DNA from: the human T2T-CHM13v2.0 reference genome, Homo sapiens | DNA length: 64,000 nucleotides | Assembly (NCBI RefSeq): GCF_009914755.1 | Contig: NC_060934.1 | Strand: one strand, 5' to 3' | Part shown: piece after piece, positions 1 to 23,808 of the stretch | Layout of the letters: the number at the start of each line of letters is the position of its first letter | Numbering within the stretch: position 1 is the stretch's first letter | The notes under the pieces: model-generated | The model's database searches: none | Seen by the model: the letters and a program-made list of their open reading frames with translations, nothing else | Told to the model about the DNA's origin: nothing | Made by a program: the position numbers and the translations under genes

Positions 1-400
1 CTTACTTGTGGGAGCAAAAAATTAAAACAATTGAATTCATGGAGACAGATAGTAGAAGGTTGGTTACCAGAGGCTGGGAACAATAGTGAGGGTGGTGCGG
101 GGGGAGAAGTGGGGATGGTTAATGGGTATCAAGAAACAAAAAAAAAGAGTAATGAATAAGACAGTATTTGCTAGCACAACAAAGTGACTATAGTCAAAAA
201 TAATTTAGCTGTGCATTTTAAAATCACTAAAGGAGTATAACTGGGTTATTTGTAACACAAATAATAAATGTTTGAGGGGATGGATACCGCATTTACTATG
301 TTATGATTATTACGTATTGCATGCCTATATTAAAATATCTCATGTAATCCATGAACGTATACACCTACTAAGTACCCACAAAAATTTAAAAGCATAAAAA
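1..400 (+). mobile_element. L1 (L1MA-type) 3' end
   Basis: Typical L1M 3' UTR text (AGTAGAA..TGGTTACCAGAGGCTGGG ... ATATACACCTACTA.GTACCCACAAAAATT) and an A-rich end. Confidence 0.8.
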
Positions 401-456
401 CAAAAACGTAGTGAGATCCCCATTTCTACAAAAAGACATGTATGTAAAAAAAGTTA

Positions 457-816
<360 letters not shown>

Positions 817-938
817 TCAGGAGGCTGAGATGGGAGGATTGATTGACCCTGGGAAGTAAAGGCTGCAGTGAGCCAAGACCGTGCCACTACATTCCAGCCC
901 AGGTAACAGAGGGAGACTGTCTTAAAATAAAAAAAAAA

Positions 939-1233
<295 letters not shown>

Positions 1234-2168
1234 ATTTAATTTACACAAAACAAACATAGTTCATGCTTCTCAGTTTTACTTAGATAACCAAGAATTCTAT
1301 AGAGAATTTTCTTAGAAAGCAAATATTTAGATATCCAATAAATTGAAGAAGGAAATTAATCAAACTATGATTTACATTTTGAAGTTAACAGTCTGTAGAG
1401 ACTATTTTCTCCATTTAAAATAAATGATCCAAAACAAAAATGATTATCATTTACATGATAGCTACTGTGACAAATAATACTAACTCTACAGTTTGTTTCT
1501 CCAGAGCATGAAATGTCATTAACCACCTTAGGTTTCATGAAATTCTTCGGAGAAACCATCTAAGACAAGTTAAAAATAGTCCTTTTAGCTCATGTAACAG
1601 CTTTAGCTGTAAGTCAATATAGCAAGACCCCATCTAAAAAAAACTTTCTTAAACCTTTTATTATCAAAATTAAAAAGTCAAATCTTTTAAGTAGGGAAAC
1701 ATTTTTTTCCTCATACCCAACATAATAATGAACTACCATAATTAATTTTTCAATGTCTTGTCTCGTGCATAATATGCAATATAAATTCCAACTTTTTTTA
1801 AGCCTTGTTCTAGCAAATTTCCTCATTTTTTTCAATACAAGAATTACTACTTTATTCTTAAAATTTTCTTGCACTTCTTGCAAAAATAAAATCTCCAATT
1901 GAACAAAATTAAATACAGTAATATTCTTTGCCTTGAAGCAATGGTGAATTAGAGCAACAATCTCAATGGAAAAAGATCTTGGAATCCAGATCACTTAAGA
2001 TATTGAAATGCTTTTATTTATTTATTTATTTTTGAGATGGAGTCTGGCTCTGTCACCCCGGCTGGGGTGCAGTGGCGTGATCTCAGCTCACTACAACCTC
2101 TGCCTCCCTGGTTTGAGCAATTCTCAGCCTCCCGAGTAGCTGGGACTACAGGCATGTGCCACCACACC

Positions 2169-2170
<2 letters not shown>

Positions 2171-2217
<47 letters not shown>

Positions 2218-2222
2218 TGTGT
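2171..2222. repeat. (TG)n microsatellite with a CG-repeat core, inside a minus-strand Alu
   Basis: Direct reading; it occupies the position of the Alu central linker. Confidence 0.95.
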
Positions 2223-2227
2223 AGTAG

Positions 2228-2374
<147 letters not shown>

Positions 2375-3042
2375 TGATTTCATTCAAACTTGTGATTTTA
2401 AAAATCAATTAAAAATTTTCAGTCTCATATACACAAAACACATTCCTTCTGACCTTTGACTTCAAAAACAAGCCTTTCTTCTATTGACATAATGTTCCTT
2501 CCTCCAGAGGGTTATAATTTAGCCAAGTATTTAAGTTTGTAATTTCAGTTATTTCTGTATTATTAAAGTAAAAAGTTCAAGTCTTTAAAAAGGGGAAACA
2601 TTTTTTCTTCCACTTCCAACATCTACAGAAAACCTAATAATAGGTGAAACAAAGTTACCCTACTTTTCATTCCCAAATGTAAAGCTCTTGTGAAAACCTT
2701 CAATATTTCGTACACAATTAATAGCAAAAGGCTGGGTGCAAGTGGCTCACACCTGTAATTCCAGCACTTTGGGAGGCCGAGGTGGGAGTATCAGGTGAGG
2801 TCGCGAGTTCGAGACCAGGCTGGGCAACATGGCAAAACTCAATTTCTACAAAAAATACAAAAATTAGTCAGGCATAAGGCCGGGCTCAGTGGCTCATGCC
2901 TGTAATCCCAGCACTTTGGGAGGCTGAGGAAGGCAGATCACGAGGTCAGACCAGCCTGGCCAACATAGTGAAACCTGTCTCTACTAAAAATACAAAAAAT
3001 TAGCTGGGCATGATGGTGAGGGCCTGTAATCCCAGCTACTCA

Positions 3043-3207
<165 letters not shown>

Positions 3208-3260
3208 TCAAAAAAAAAAAAAAAAAAGTATAAAACAGACAATTTTCTTATTAACATTTA

Positions 3261-3533
<273 letters not shown>

Positions 3534-3608
3534 TCACATCTGCTGGCTCTGACTGCCTATTACACACAGAGAATGTGGGGAGGGGAAAGAGTCTACCTAC
3601 CTTTACAG

Positions 3609-3791
3609 CAGTGATTTTCAAACTTGGTCCCTGGACCAGTAGCATCAGCATCACCTGAGAACTTGCTATAAAAGTAAATCCTCAAGACCCACTCCAAACC
3701 TACTCAAACAGAAACTCTAGGGGTGAGGCCTAGCAATCTGTTTAACCAACCCTCCACAATTTTGATGCATGCTCAAGTTTAAGAACCACTG
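3609..3791 (+). mobile_element. MER5A (hAT-Charlie) DNA transposon fossil
   Basis: CAGTG.TT.TCAAA ... TTT.AGAACCACTG termini; AGCATCAGCATCACCTG and CAGAAACTCT.GGGGTG internal motifs. Confidence 0.85.
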
Positions 3792-5769
3792 TTCTACGGG
3801 CTCTGCTCATGGAATTTAGTCTTTCTTGGTATTTATCATCTGTTCCTTTCAGTCATTCCTACTATAATCTTCTTAACTCAGGCCCTTATTTTCTCAGGCC
3901 TAGATTACAACAGTTTTGCTACTTAAATTGCTAGAGCCACAATTCCAATCTGAGTATTTTGATATACAATTATTACGCAAATTAGTATGTAATGGCTTGC
4001 ATGTGGTTGCGCCCTAAGCAATGAAAGATGTATTCCTTCACATAACACTAGATTACACTGATTAAGAATGAGCTGTCTGCTAGGCCTAGTGGCTCATGCT
4101 AAGGCAAGCAGATCACTTGAGTTCAGGAGTTCAAGACCAGCCTGGCCAACATGGCGAAACCCTGTCTCAATTAAAAAAATACAAGAATTAGCCGGGAAGG
4201 GTGGCACATGCCTGTAATCCCAGCTACCCAAAGGCTAAGGCAGGAGAATTGCTTGAACCCAGGAGGCGGAGGTTGCAGTGAGCCAAGATCGTGCCACTGC
4301 ACTACAACCTGAGTGACAGAACAAGACTGTCTAAAAAAAAAAAAAAAAAAAAAGAAGAGCTATCTCCATCATCTATGAAGTCTGGGGCTCATTCACCCAA
4401 CACTTCATTCACACATCCCCAGGTGACAATCTTCAAAGCTTCAAAGGAGCTCATGGTCACTTCCAAGTGTTCCATTTTCTTTACTTAATAACTAAATGAA
4501 ACCATGTCTCCCACTATCAATATTTAAAGTAAGTACTCAATTTTTTTTTTATAAAAGAGGTTCTGACTTTAATCTCTTAATTGGTAAATAACCCATGAGC
4601 ACAGAAAGGAGAAAAAAAGGGAACATATAAATGTTGAAGGAACGAGAAGAGGTGGAAATAACTTACAAACCTCCTCTCTTATCTAAGATTTACTCATTTT
4701 CAGAGCAGTTACGGTTATTCTGCAGAAAGATAAGAGTTACCTCTTATTAATCCTATCTACTGGGAAAATATTTTACACTTTTAGATTCAAAGCCAGCCAC
4801 ATAAAATACTAAATCTAGTGGAAATCTTACATAAAAAAAGATGACTTTTCTAGTAATAAAACATTTCCTATCAAAATGAAGATTTTTAAAAATAGAATAA
4901 TTCTAGTGGTTAGAATAGATTATTTAGTTGATTTTTGTTTAGTTCATATTATTATGGTCAACCCCTATTTCTTTTTTTGGACAGCTATTTCTTCCTTTTT
5001 TTTTTTAATAGAGACAGGCTTTTGCCATGTTGTCCTGGCTGGTCTCAAATTCCTGACCTCAAGTGATCCACCTGCTTTGGCCTCCCAGAGTGCTGGATTA
5101 CAGGAGTGAGCCACCACACCTGGCCATGGACAGCAATTTTTTTAACAAATGAGAATATTTTCTAAGAAAAAAAAATGCTGTCTTAAATAATTTTTTATAA
5201 AAAAAAAACTATTCCAAGATGCTTCAAATATAATCTCATGGAAGATATGTATCCTTCCAGAATAGTTGAAGAAGACAGTAGTGCAATTCAGAGAAGCCAT
5301 AATTTATCTAAAATTTCTTTTTCTTTCTTTCTTAGTGAGACAGGGTCTCTCTCTGTTGCCCGGGGTAGAGTGCAGTGGCATGAACACGGCTCACTGCAGC
5401 CTTGACCTCCTGGGCTCAAGCAATCCTTCTGTTTCAGCCTCCCAAGTAGCTGGGATGAGAGGTGTGCACCACCACACCCCACTAATTATTTTCAAATTTG
5501 CAGAGACAGAGTCTACAAAAGGTGGGGCAACATGGTGAACTCAACCAATCCTCTTGTCTTGATCTCCCAAAGTGCTGGAATTACAAGCAAGATCCACTGC
5601 ACTGGGTCTGAAATTTCTTAAATATTTATATTCTCTCACCAACTGTTACTTGTTCACGGTGTGTATTCAGATATGCTTTTATTAAATTAGGCAAAACTTA
5701 TTATTTATGAAATGTCACATGTATACCTAATAGAATACAGGTTAAAAAAACTTTTAAAGTTGTTACTAA

Positions 5770-6356
<587 letters not shown>

Positions 6357-6757
6357 TAACTCCTGACCTCAGGTGATCCATCCATCTCAGCCTCCCAAAG
6401 TGCTGGGATTACAGGCGTGAGCCACCACACCCAGCCACCACAATTTTTTTAAATGGCAACAAAAATTAATTTCTAAGTACTACTTTAGCTATAGTCTACA
6501 AAATTTGGTATGTAACCACCTTTTCTAAATGTGTTAATTTCCTTTATGACTGACCTTTTAAAACATTTATCAACATTTCCTTAGTCTACAAACCATGAGA
6601 ATTTTAGATATCCTTTTAAGTTCTAACTTTGTTACAGTACAGTTGCGGAACATCGTTTCTAAGATACTGATCCTTTAAAATTTATTGGTGTTTCCCTTAT
6701 GGCATAATGCATAATCTATTTCAGTAAAAGTTCTGTGTGACTTGAAAAATTATATAT

Positions 6758-7138
6758 ACAGTCATCCATTGTATAACAATGATTTCGTCAACCTAGGATA
6801 GTGGTCCCATAAGATTATAATGGAACTAAAAAATTCCATTGCCTAGTGACATCTAGCTATTGTGGTAATACAACACACTACCTTTTCTATATTTCAATAT
6901 GTTTAGATAGACAAATACTTACCGTTGTTACAATTGCCTACAGTATTCAGTACAGTAACATGTAGTACAAGTGTGTAGCCTAGAGGCAACGGGCTATACC
7001 ATACGGCCTAGGTGTGTAGTAGGCGCTCTACCATCTAGGTTTGCACAAGTACACTCTGATGTTCACACAATGATGACATTGCCTAACACCACATTTCTCA
7101 AAACATATCCCCATCATTAAGCTAGCATGAGTGCATTG
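6758..7138. mobile_element. Tigger3/MER7-like TcMar fossil
   Basis: GTGGTCCCATAAGATTATAATGG, CAGTATTCAGTACAGTAACATG and CCATCTAGGTTTG motifs; TA-flanked. Confidence 0.75.
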
Positions 7139-7855
7139 TATATAAAATGTATATAAGTTTGTGTTTTGACAAAAAAATGTGGGATTTGATTTCAAAGATT
7201 CCTTGCAGGTCAAAGATGAGTCTGAATTCCACACTCTTTCCTTAGCATCTGTGATGCCCTTCTTCCAGGATGCAAATCCCTTGCTGACCTATCCTAAGCC
7301 TTCTTCAACAGATTCTATTATCTCCTTCTATGCCTTATATGCTGTTAACTGCCAGGGTCCCATGCTGCTTTTGTCACCCACATTTTCTCCACCAGCAAAC
7401 CTCTTCACTTTTATTATTTTCATCTACCACCAATACACTGAGTTCCTGAGGGCTTTAGTTATCCCTGTAACAACAGTACCTGGTATAATCCTTGGCACAC
7501 ATATAGCATTGAATAAATGTTTGCAGAATTTATTAACCCAGGATTCTGAGAATCATGCTTATCATTGTAAAAACAATGGGTTAATTTTAACCAAAAAAAA
7601 AAAAACACATTTGGGTTAAGACTCCACCAAAGGAAAACAAACAAACAAACAAGCAAACATGCAGACAGGATGCTAAAACAATTAACAAAAAGTAAAAGAA
7701 AAGCTTATGTCCAAAAAAACTACAAAAATAGATATCTACCGTAATTTAAAATGTCAAGCAGCTGGGCGCAGTGGCTCACACCTGTAATCCCAGCACTTTG
7801 GGAGGGTGAGGTGGGTGGATCACCTAAGGTCAGAAGTTTGAGACCAGCCTGGTCA

Positions 7856-8014
<159 letters not shown>

Positions 8015-8152
8015 CTAGGTGACAGAGCAAGGCTCCATCTCAAAAAAAATAATAAATTTCAAGCAAATGTAAATGACAAAAAGAAATAAAGGAGGAAGGA
8101 GGGGGAAAAAAGGAGGGAGGAGGAAGGAGGGTAAATGAGGATAAATAATTAG

Positions 8153-8474
<322 letters not shown>

Positions 8475-8649
8475 TAAAATTAACTTTCTTAGTGTTACAG
8501 AACATTCACAGAGACCAGAATGTTATAAAGCAAAGCAAGGAACTAGGTGAAGGATGACTACTTGATAAACACAGTTTATCACAGTGAAGCCCAATATCCA
8601 ACCCCTATGTCAGTCTGTTCCAAAGAAATAACAAAAAATGAAACATTTA

Positions 8650-8946
<297 letters not shown>

Positions 8947-9189
8947 TCAGGGGGCTGTGTCACAAGAATCATTTGAACCCAGGAAGCAGAGGTTGCAGTG
9001 AGCCAAGATTGCACCACTGTACTTCAGCCTGAGCGACAGAGCGAGACTCCATCTCAAAAACAAAACAAAACAAACAAACAAACAAACAAAAAACTCAACT
9101 CTAACAGCAAGACAAGCCTTTTTTTAAACTACTAAATATTTTTAAAATACATGTGAAAATCCCATTAGAGGGCCAGGCATGGTGGCTCA

Positions 9190-9513
<324 letters not shown>

Positions 9514-10206
9514 TTAAGGAGCCTGCTGTAGTTATACAGCTAAATTACAGCCAAACTGGGATTCACATCCAGGCTCATTATATCATTCGAACCACAGGGA
9601 ATAGGTCCAAAGAACTAACTACTGCAAAGCTTTGTGACTCACAAATCTTAAAGCATTTTTGTTTTTTGAGGTGGAGTCTCGTTTTGTTGCCCAGGCTACA
9701 GTGCAGTGGCACGATCTCGGCTCGCTGTAATCTCTGCCTCCTAGTTCAAGCAATCCTCCTGCCTCAGCCTCCCGAGTAGCTGGGATTACAGGCACCCACC
9801 ACCACGCCTGGCTAATTTTCATATTTTTAGTAGAGATGGTGTTCCACCATGTTGGCCAGGCTGGTCTCAAACTCCTGAGCCAGTTGATACAGTGCCTCAA
9901 CCTCCAAAAGTGCAGGGATTACAGGCATGAGCCACCATGCCCGGACCCCCTTAAAGCAAATTTTTTAGATCACAAAATGTTATAAAATATTGAAAATATT
10001 GAGAGAACATTGAGAATATTAGTATACATGGAAGTCGTGCCTATTTAAAGAAAAATAAAACTCTGCCAGTTTAAAAAAAAAAAAAGGAGCCGGGCACGGT
10101 GGCTCACGCCTGTAATCCCAGCACTTTGGGAGGCCAAGGTGGGCGGATTACAAGGTCAGGAGATCGAGACCATCCTGGCTAACACGGTGAAACCCCGGCT
10201 CTACTA

Positions 10207-10925
<719 letters not shown>

Positions 10926-11188
10926 GAAAAAAACATATTTCCCCTATAAAATTATAACAATGCCACTTTGAGAAAAAAAAAAAAAAAACTTGAAAATACA
11001 CATAATGCCAAACAGCATTAAATGGCTAAACACAGTAAATATATAGCACATCCATATGACAGTCAACACATGACACAGACTATATGCTAGTAACACAGAA
11101 AAATACACATGAAAGAATCAAATGAGGCCAGGTACAGTGCCTCATGCCCGTAATCCCAGCAGGTTGGGAGGCCAAGGTGGGAGGATCA

Positions 11189-11464
<276 letters not shown>

Positions 11465-12337
11465 TTACTTTATAAGAAAATACAGACCAGGCATAGTTGC
11501 TCACACCTGTAATCCCAGTACTTTGGTAGGCCAAGGTGTGTGGATCACCAGAGGTCAGGCATTCAAGACCAGCCTGGCCAACATGGCAAAACCCTGTCTC
11601 TACTAAAAATACAAAAAATTAGCCGGGTATGGTGGTGGGCGCCTGTAATCCCAGGTACTTGGGAGGCTGAGGCAGAATAATTGCTTGAACCCCGGGAGGC
11701 GGAGGTTGCAGTAAGCCGAAATCATGCCACTGCACTCCAGCCTGGGCAACAGAGCAAGACTCTGTATCAAAAAAGAAAAAAAAAAAAAAGAAGAAGAAAG
11801 AGGCTGGGCACAGTGGCTCATGCCTGTAATCCCAGCACTTTGGGAGGCTGAGGCGGGTGGATCACCTGAAGTTAGGAGTTCGAGGCCAGTCTAGCCAACA
11901 TGGTGAAACCCTGTCTCTACTAAAAATACAAAATTAGCCAGGTGTGGTGGCAGGCGCCTGTAATCCCACCTACTTGGGAGGCTGAGATAGGAGAATCACT
12001 TGAACCTGGGAGGCGGAGGTTGCCGGGAGCAGAGATCAGTGCCACTGTATTTCCAGCCTGTGCGACAGAGCAAAACTCCATCTCAAAAAAAAAGAAAGAA
12101 AAAGAAAATACATATCTACATATAGAAAATAAGCTATCATAATAATGAAAATAAAATTTTCTATTCACTGGGTTCTTTTTTGTCATGGAAAGATACTTAG
12201 GACCATAATTTATAAAATAAGCAAGCAAAATGGCTAATTGTAATTACTCAATCTTTAAAAACTTTGATTCAACACACAGAATGGCATCCTGGTCTAAAAA
12301 TATGAAGACTATATATATAAACAAAATGTGTTTCTTA

Positions 12338-12980
<643 letters not shown>

Positions 12981-13000
12981 GGGCAGAGCGCAGTGGCTCA

Positions 13001-13527
<527 letters not shown>

Positions 13528-14499
13528 TAGAGATTGGGTTTCACCATGTTGGCCAGGCTGGTCTCAAACTCCTGGGCTCAAGCAATCTGCCCACCTTGGC
13601 CTCCCAAAGTGCTGGGATAACAGGCATGAGCCACCGCACCTGACCTAATACGGTAATTTTTTTTTTTTTTTGAGAGAGAGTTTCACTCTTGTTGCCCAGG
13701 CTGGCGCGATCTCTACTCACTGCAACGTTTGCCTCCCAGGTTCAAATGATGCTCCTGCCTCAGTCCCCTGAGTAGCTGGAACCATAGACATATGACACCA
13801 CGCCCAGCTAATTTTTGTATTTTTAGTAAAGACGGGGTTTCACCATGTTGGCCAGCCTGGTCTTGAACCCCTGACCTCACGTGATCTGCCCGCCTCGGCC
13901 TCTGAAAGTGCTGGGATTACAGGGGTGAGCCATTGCACCTGGCCTAACACGGTAATTTTTATGTGCATTTAACCACAATTTTTAAAAAACATCCAAATAA
14001 CGCCAAGCATGGTGGTGTGAAACTATAGTCCCAGCTACTCAGCAGGCTGAAGCGGAAGGATCGTTTCAGCCCAAAAGTTTGAGGTTACGTGACCTGTGAT
14101 CTCACCACTGTACTCCAGCCTGGGTGACAGAGTGAGACCCTGTTTAAAAAAAAAAAAAAATCCAAATAACACTGAAACAGTGACATGACATCAAATTTCA
14201 GATAATTTGCTCTAATTCATACCATGGTCTAATTGGAAGAGTCCCAGTTACACCTTTGGGATTAAAAAAATGGAGATATTGCTCCTGAAACCAAGCAATG
14301 GAAAGTAGAAATGTAAAAGAGAAAAAAGGGTCATATGGACAGAAAGGCAGTATCAGCCTTACAACATGAAAGGACAGTATATAGGAATGTTAACTTCTTA
14401 TGTGAGAAATCTACAGAAACAAAAAAACTAAGTCTCAATTTTTCAGGGTTCTTACAAGGTCAAAATTATGTCGTAACAATATGAATACATTTTTTATCA

Positions 14500-15786
<1,287 letters not shown>

Positions 15787-15889
15787 TATAAACTTACCCT
15801 CCCAGGATGATTATTCCAGTTCCTTCTTTATGTTTAAGCTCCGCAATCTTAATAACTACTCTAGGGTGGTAGGGGCTTATCAGTTTGTA

Positions 15890-16075
15890 TATAAAATCAC
15901 ACCTAGGTTTGAATCCTAACTCTGCACTACCAGATGTATGACTAAGAGCAAGTCACGGTTAATTAAGCCTGTTTCCTCATCTGTAAGGAGGAGATAATAA
16001 CTACCTTACAGTGTCAGTCTGAGGATTAAATAGAACAATGTATGTAAAGCACTTAGCTGATGGTAAGCCCTCATT
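15890..16075 (+). mobile_element. MIR
   Basis: GGTTTGAATCCT..CTCTGC.ACT...GCAAGTCAC...TTTCCTCATCTGTAA core. Confidence 0.75.
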
Positions 16076-16076
16076 A

Positions 16077-16379
<303 letters not shown>

Positions 16380-16493
16380 TCATTAAGATGTAAAGACCTG
16401 GCCGGACGCAGTGGCTCACACCTGTAATCCCAGCACTTTGGGAGGCCGAAGCGGGTGGATCACGAGGTCAGGAGATCGGGACCATCCTGGCTA

Positions 16494-16746
<253 letters not shown>

Positions 16747-17394
16747 TCAGCACTATTCCAGGCGTGGTGGCAGGCGCCTGTAGTCCCAGATCAGATACTC
16801 GGGAGGGTGAGGCAGGAGAATGGCGTGAACCCAGGAGGTGGAGCTTGCAGTGAGCCTAGTGAGCCACTGCACTCCAGCCTGAACGACAGAGGAAGACTCC
16901 ATCTCAAAAAAAAAAAAAAAAGATACAACTTACAATTTTTCTCACTTGCTTAAGGGAGCACCATAATAACACATTCATCAGACATTGAGACTTCAGGATA
17001 ATACACATTTACCATATAACTGTGCAATATTAAACACCAAATTTAATAAGCTGTTACTTTCCTAGGTTTCTGCCACCTCCAGCTTACCAAGACTGACAGA
17101 GCAGAGTTGTGTCAGCCCTCTGAGAGAGCCAGTCCAACAGAGAAGACAAAATTAGCAATGCTAGCTCTGCCAAAATTGACTTAAACAAAATAGCAACCAC
17201 AGGTTGAAAGAGAAGCTGAAATTCCTCAAGCCAGAAAGCAACTGCTAATACCAAAGCATCCAAAAAAGATCTAGAGAAACACACATTTAGAGTACTGAAG
17301 ATGAAGGTTATCCTTGCAAAAGGCTGTTTGAAATCAGGCAGTTTCCAGTTGATTAAAAATGATGTAGATGACCATATGGTCTCACAAAGTCTCA

Positions 17395-17877
<483 letters not shown>

Positions 17878-17905
17878 TCAACATGGAGAAACCCCGTCTC
17901 TACTA

Positions 17906-18064
<159 letters not shown>

Positions 18065-18174
18065 TCAAAAAAAAAAAAAAAAAAAAAAAAAAAACTGGTA
18101 AGGCAGGCCAGCCATGGTGGCATGTACCTGTTGTTCCAGATACTCAGGAGGCTGAGGTGGGGAGAAACACATGA

Positions 18175-18459
<285 letters not shown>

Positions 18460-18902
18460 TAGCCAGGATGGTCTCGATTTCCTGACTTCGTGATCCGCCC
18501 ACCTCGGCCTCCCAAAGTGCTGGGATTACAGGCGTGAGCCACCGCACCTGGCCGTAAAGATGCACTTTGAAACCAGTTTCATCTTCTTCCCAACCCCATA
18601 TAATTCTCAGTATATCACACTGTTTCTAGAACTAATGCAAAAAAGTTCTTTATACATTCTCTGAAAGTACTTAAGGAATCTGTTATGCACATGTACAAAA
18701 TATTTAGGTATTTTTACCCAAAAAGTTCCTGTTGAGCAATTTCAGAAACTCTTCACAGAGTTCCAACAATGTACTAGAACTATGAAATCTGCATTTTAGA
18801 TTACACTAATTTATATTGGATAGTCTACACAAATACTTTATAGTTTCTAGGACAGAAGTTATATAATAAAATTATACCTGCAGTTCTTCTTATAACTACT
18901 TA

Positions 18903-19049
<147 letters not shown>

Positions 19050-19204
19050 CTACAAAAGCAAATCACACAGTTTATTTCACAACATATTAACAGACACAAT
19101 TGTATATTTATTACCTAATCTATTAAACCACCATAGCCAAAATGCACTGGTAAGACAAATGCCAAAATATTAAAAAAATTTTTTTCTGGTGCGTGGAATT
19201 ATAA

Positions 19205-19477
<273 letters not shown>

Positions 19478-19729
19478 TGATATGAATTACTTTTAAAATC
19501 AATGTTCTCCATTTTGAAAAAAATTAAAATAACCAATATTTTAAAATTCAAAATATTCTCAAATAATTAATATTTAAAGTATTGTTCTCTTATTTCACTT
19601 GATAATCCACCCAATAGAAAAGTCAATAAAGGCATAGCTGATAAACTCATGTAAGTAAAAGATACCATTCAAACATAAAATGTAAACCTACTTAGCAGTA
19701 ATGTTTGGGAAGAAAAAAAATTTTTTTAA

Positions 19730-20052
<323 letters not shown>

Positions 20053-20776
20053 TGATCCGCCAGCCTTGGCCTCCCAAAGTGCTGGGATTACAGGCGTGAG
20101 CCACTGCGCCCGGTCCAAAAAGTTTTTTAAAACTTAATATTCAGGCCAAGCACAGTAGCTCATGCCTATAGTCCCAGCTACTAGGGAGGCTGAGGTGGCC
20201 TGGGAGGTCAAGGCTTCAGTGACACACTGCACTCCAGCCTGGGTGACACAGTGAGACTCAAAATAAAATAAAAGTACGTTTCAAGAAAAATATATAAAAA
20301 GCTGGGTGTTGGGTACGATCATCTCTTTGTATGTTTGAAATAGCCCAAAATACATTTTTGTTTGTTTTGAGACGGAGTCTCCCTCTATCTCCCACCGTGA
20401 AGTGCAGTGGTGGGATCTCAGCTCACTGCAACCTCCGCCTCCAGGGTTCAAGCAATTCTGCCTCAGCCTCTCGAGTAGCTAGGATTACAGGCGCGCACCA
20501 CAACGCCCGGCTAATTTTTGTGTATTTAGTAGAGACTGGTTTTCATCATGTTGGTCAGGCTGGTCTTGAACTCCTGACTTCATGAACTGCTCACCTCGGC
20601 CTCTCAAAGTGCTGGGATTACAGGCGTAAGCCACTGCGCCCAGCCCCAAAATACGTTTTTTTTTTGAGACTTTTTATTTTAAAATAAAACTGCATGTTTC
20701 AAGAAAAATAAATAAAAAGCTGGGTGTTGAGTACATGGGAGTTTATTACAATCATCTCTTTGTATGTTTGAAATAG

Positions 20777-20911
<135 letters not shown>

Positions 20912-21109
20912 TGAGTAGCTGGGACTACAGGTGCACGCCACCACACCTGGCTAATTTTTCTAGCAAAATACATTTTTTAAAAGCAGTTTGCACATTTATT
21001 TTTAGTTTAGTGGGAATCACATGAAGCCAACTTTGGAAATGTCTAGGTGTGTTTAAATTTAAAAGTTTATCATTTAAATTAATTTTCTTATTATAATTAG
21101 TTATTTTAT

Positions 21110-21560
<451 letters not shown>

Positions 21561-22030
21561 TTAAAGTATAAATACATAGCTTAGGTTCCTACATGTAAAC
21601 GTATTAGGGAGGCTTCAAAAAAATAAATGAGTATTTTATCTGAAGAAGAAAAAAATATTTCTAAATTTCTGGGTCTTTAAAAAAAAAAATCAAATAGCAG
21701 GATACAGTCTTCTAAAACAACCCCTAGTTATTCTACCCCTTTCTATGTGTCAAACACATCTGAGAATACTCAAGGGTCTTCTATAAATCCCAAAGGGAAA
21801 ACAACTTAGTGCCAGTAAAGTCTATTGCAAAAGCTATCAAAAAACCTTTGCTAATGTAATATATAGCTCCAATTATGAATTGGGTTGTTTTAATAATTTA
21901 CTCTTTCTTAAGACTTTTAGGAAATCTACAGCTTGTATAAGTCTTGAAGCATGAAGCCAAATCCAGTGTAGCAAGAATAAAATCAAACTGAACTAGTTGA
22001 AACTAGGCCAGGCGCGGTGGCTCATGCCTA

Positions 22031-22379
<349 letters not shown>

Positions 22380-22500
22380 TCACATACCACACTTTGGGTA
22401 GAGAAATCTAAGGCCTAAGAATGTCCATATGTTTTAATTAATTTTGCTTTTAGTTAAAACTAACATGTGTTTAAACTGCAATCTTAGAATGTACTGGGAA

Positions 22501-22646
22501 GGCCGGGCGCGGTGGCTCACGCCTGTAATCCCACCACTTTGGGAGGCCGAGGTGGGCGGATCACGAGGTCAGGGGATTCGAGACCATCCTGGCTAACATG
22601 GTGAAACCCTGTCTCTACTAAAAATACAAAAAAAAAAAAAAAAAAA
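22501..22646 (+). mobile_element. AluY left-monomer-only element with 15-bp TSD
   Basis: TSD agaatgtactgggaa at 22486-22500 and 22647-22661; CpG-rich left arm running straight into a long A tract. Confidence 0.9.
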
Positions 22647-22718
22647 AGAATGTACTGGGAAATAGGAAGTAGTCATTAATAAGGTCCTTTGTACGTGATT
22701 TTCTTTTCTTTTTTTTGA

Positions 22719-22933
<215 letters not shown>

Positions 22934-23216
22934 TGAGGTGATCCGCCTGCCTTGGCCTCCCAAAGTGCTGGGATTACAGGTGTGAGCCACCATGCCTGGC
23001 CCACGTGATTTTCAAATGACAACAAAAGTCAATTTTTGGAATATGAGACTTGAGATACAGGAGTAATAGATACAATTTTCATGCAGAATTAGGCTAAGAT
23101 CAAACCTACTCCCTTTTAAACAATTAAATTATAGTAACATTCACAGAAGCCATTTGATGAGTTTTACGACAGTACCCTTAAGATTCAAATCGGTGCTCAA
23201 AGTCACATAAAAATTA

Positions 23217-23426
<210 letters not shown>

Positions 23427-23613
23427 TTAGCACAACCATGAAATAAGAAGCCATCCAATATGTTTTATCTACAAACCAATCTTCCAGTTTTCTAGGTTTC
23501 TTTCTTCTGAAAAGCTTATTGCAATGACATTTAGACAAAATAGGTAAAATTAAGAGAGCAAAGACACAGAAGAATTCCTATTATAAAAACTTCCCAGAAG
23601 TAATGCCATTTCA

Positions 23614-23808
<195 letters not shown>

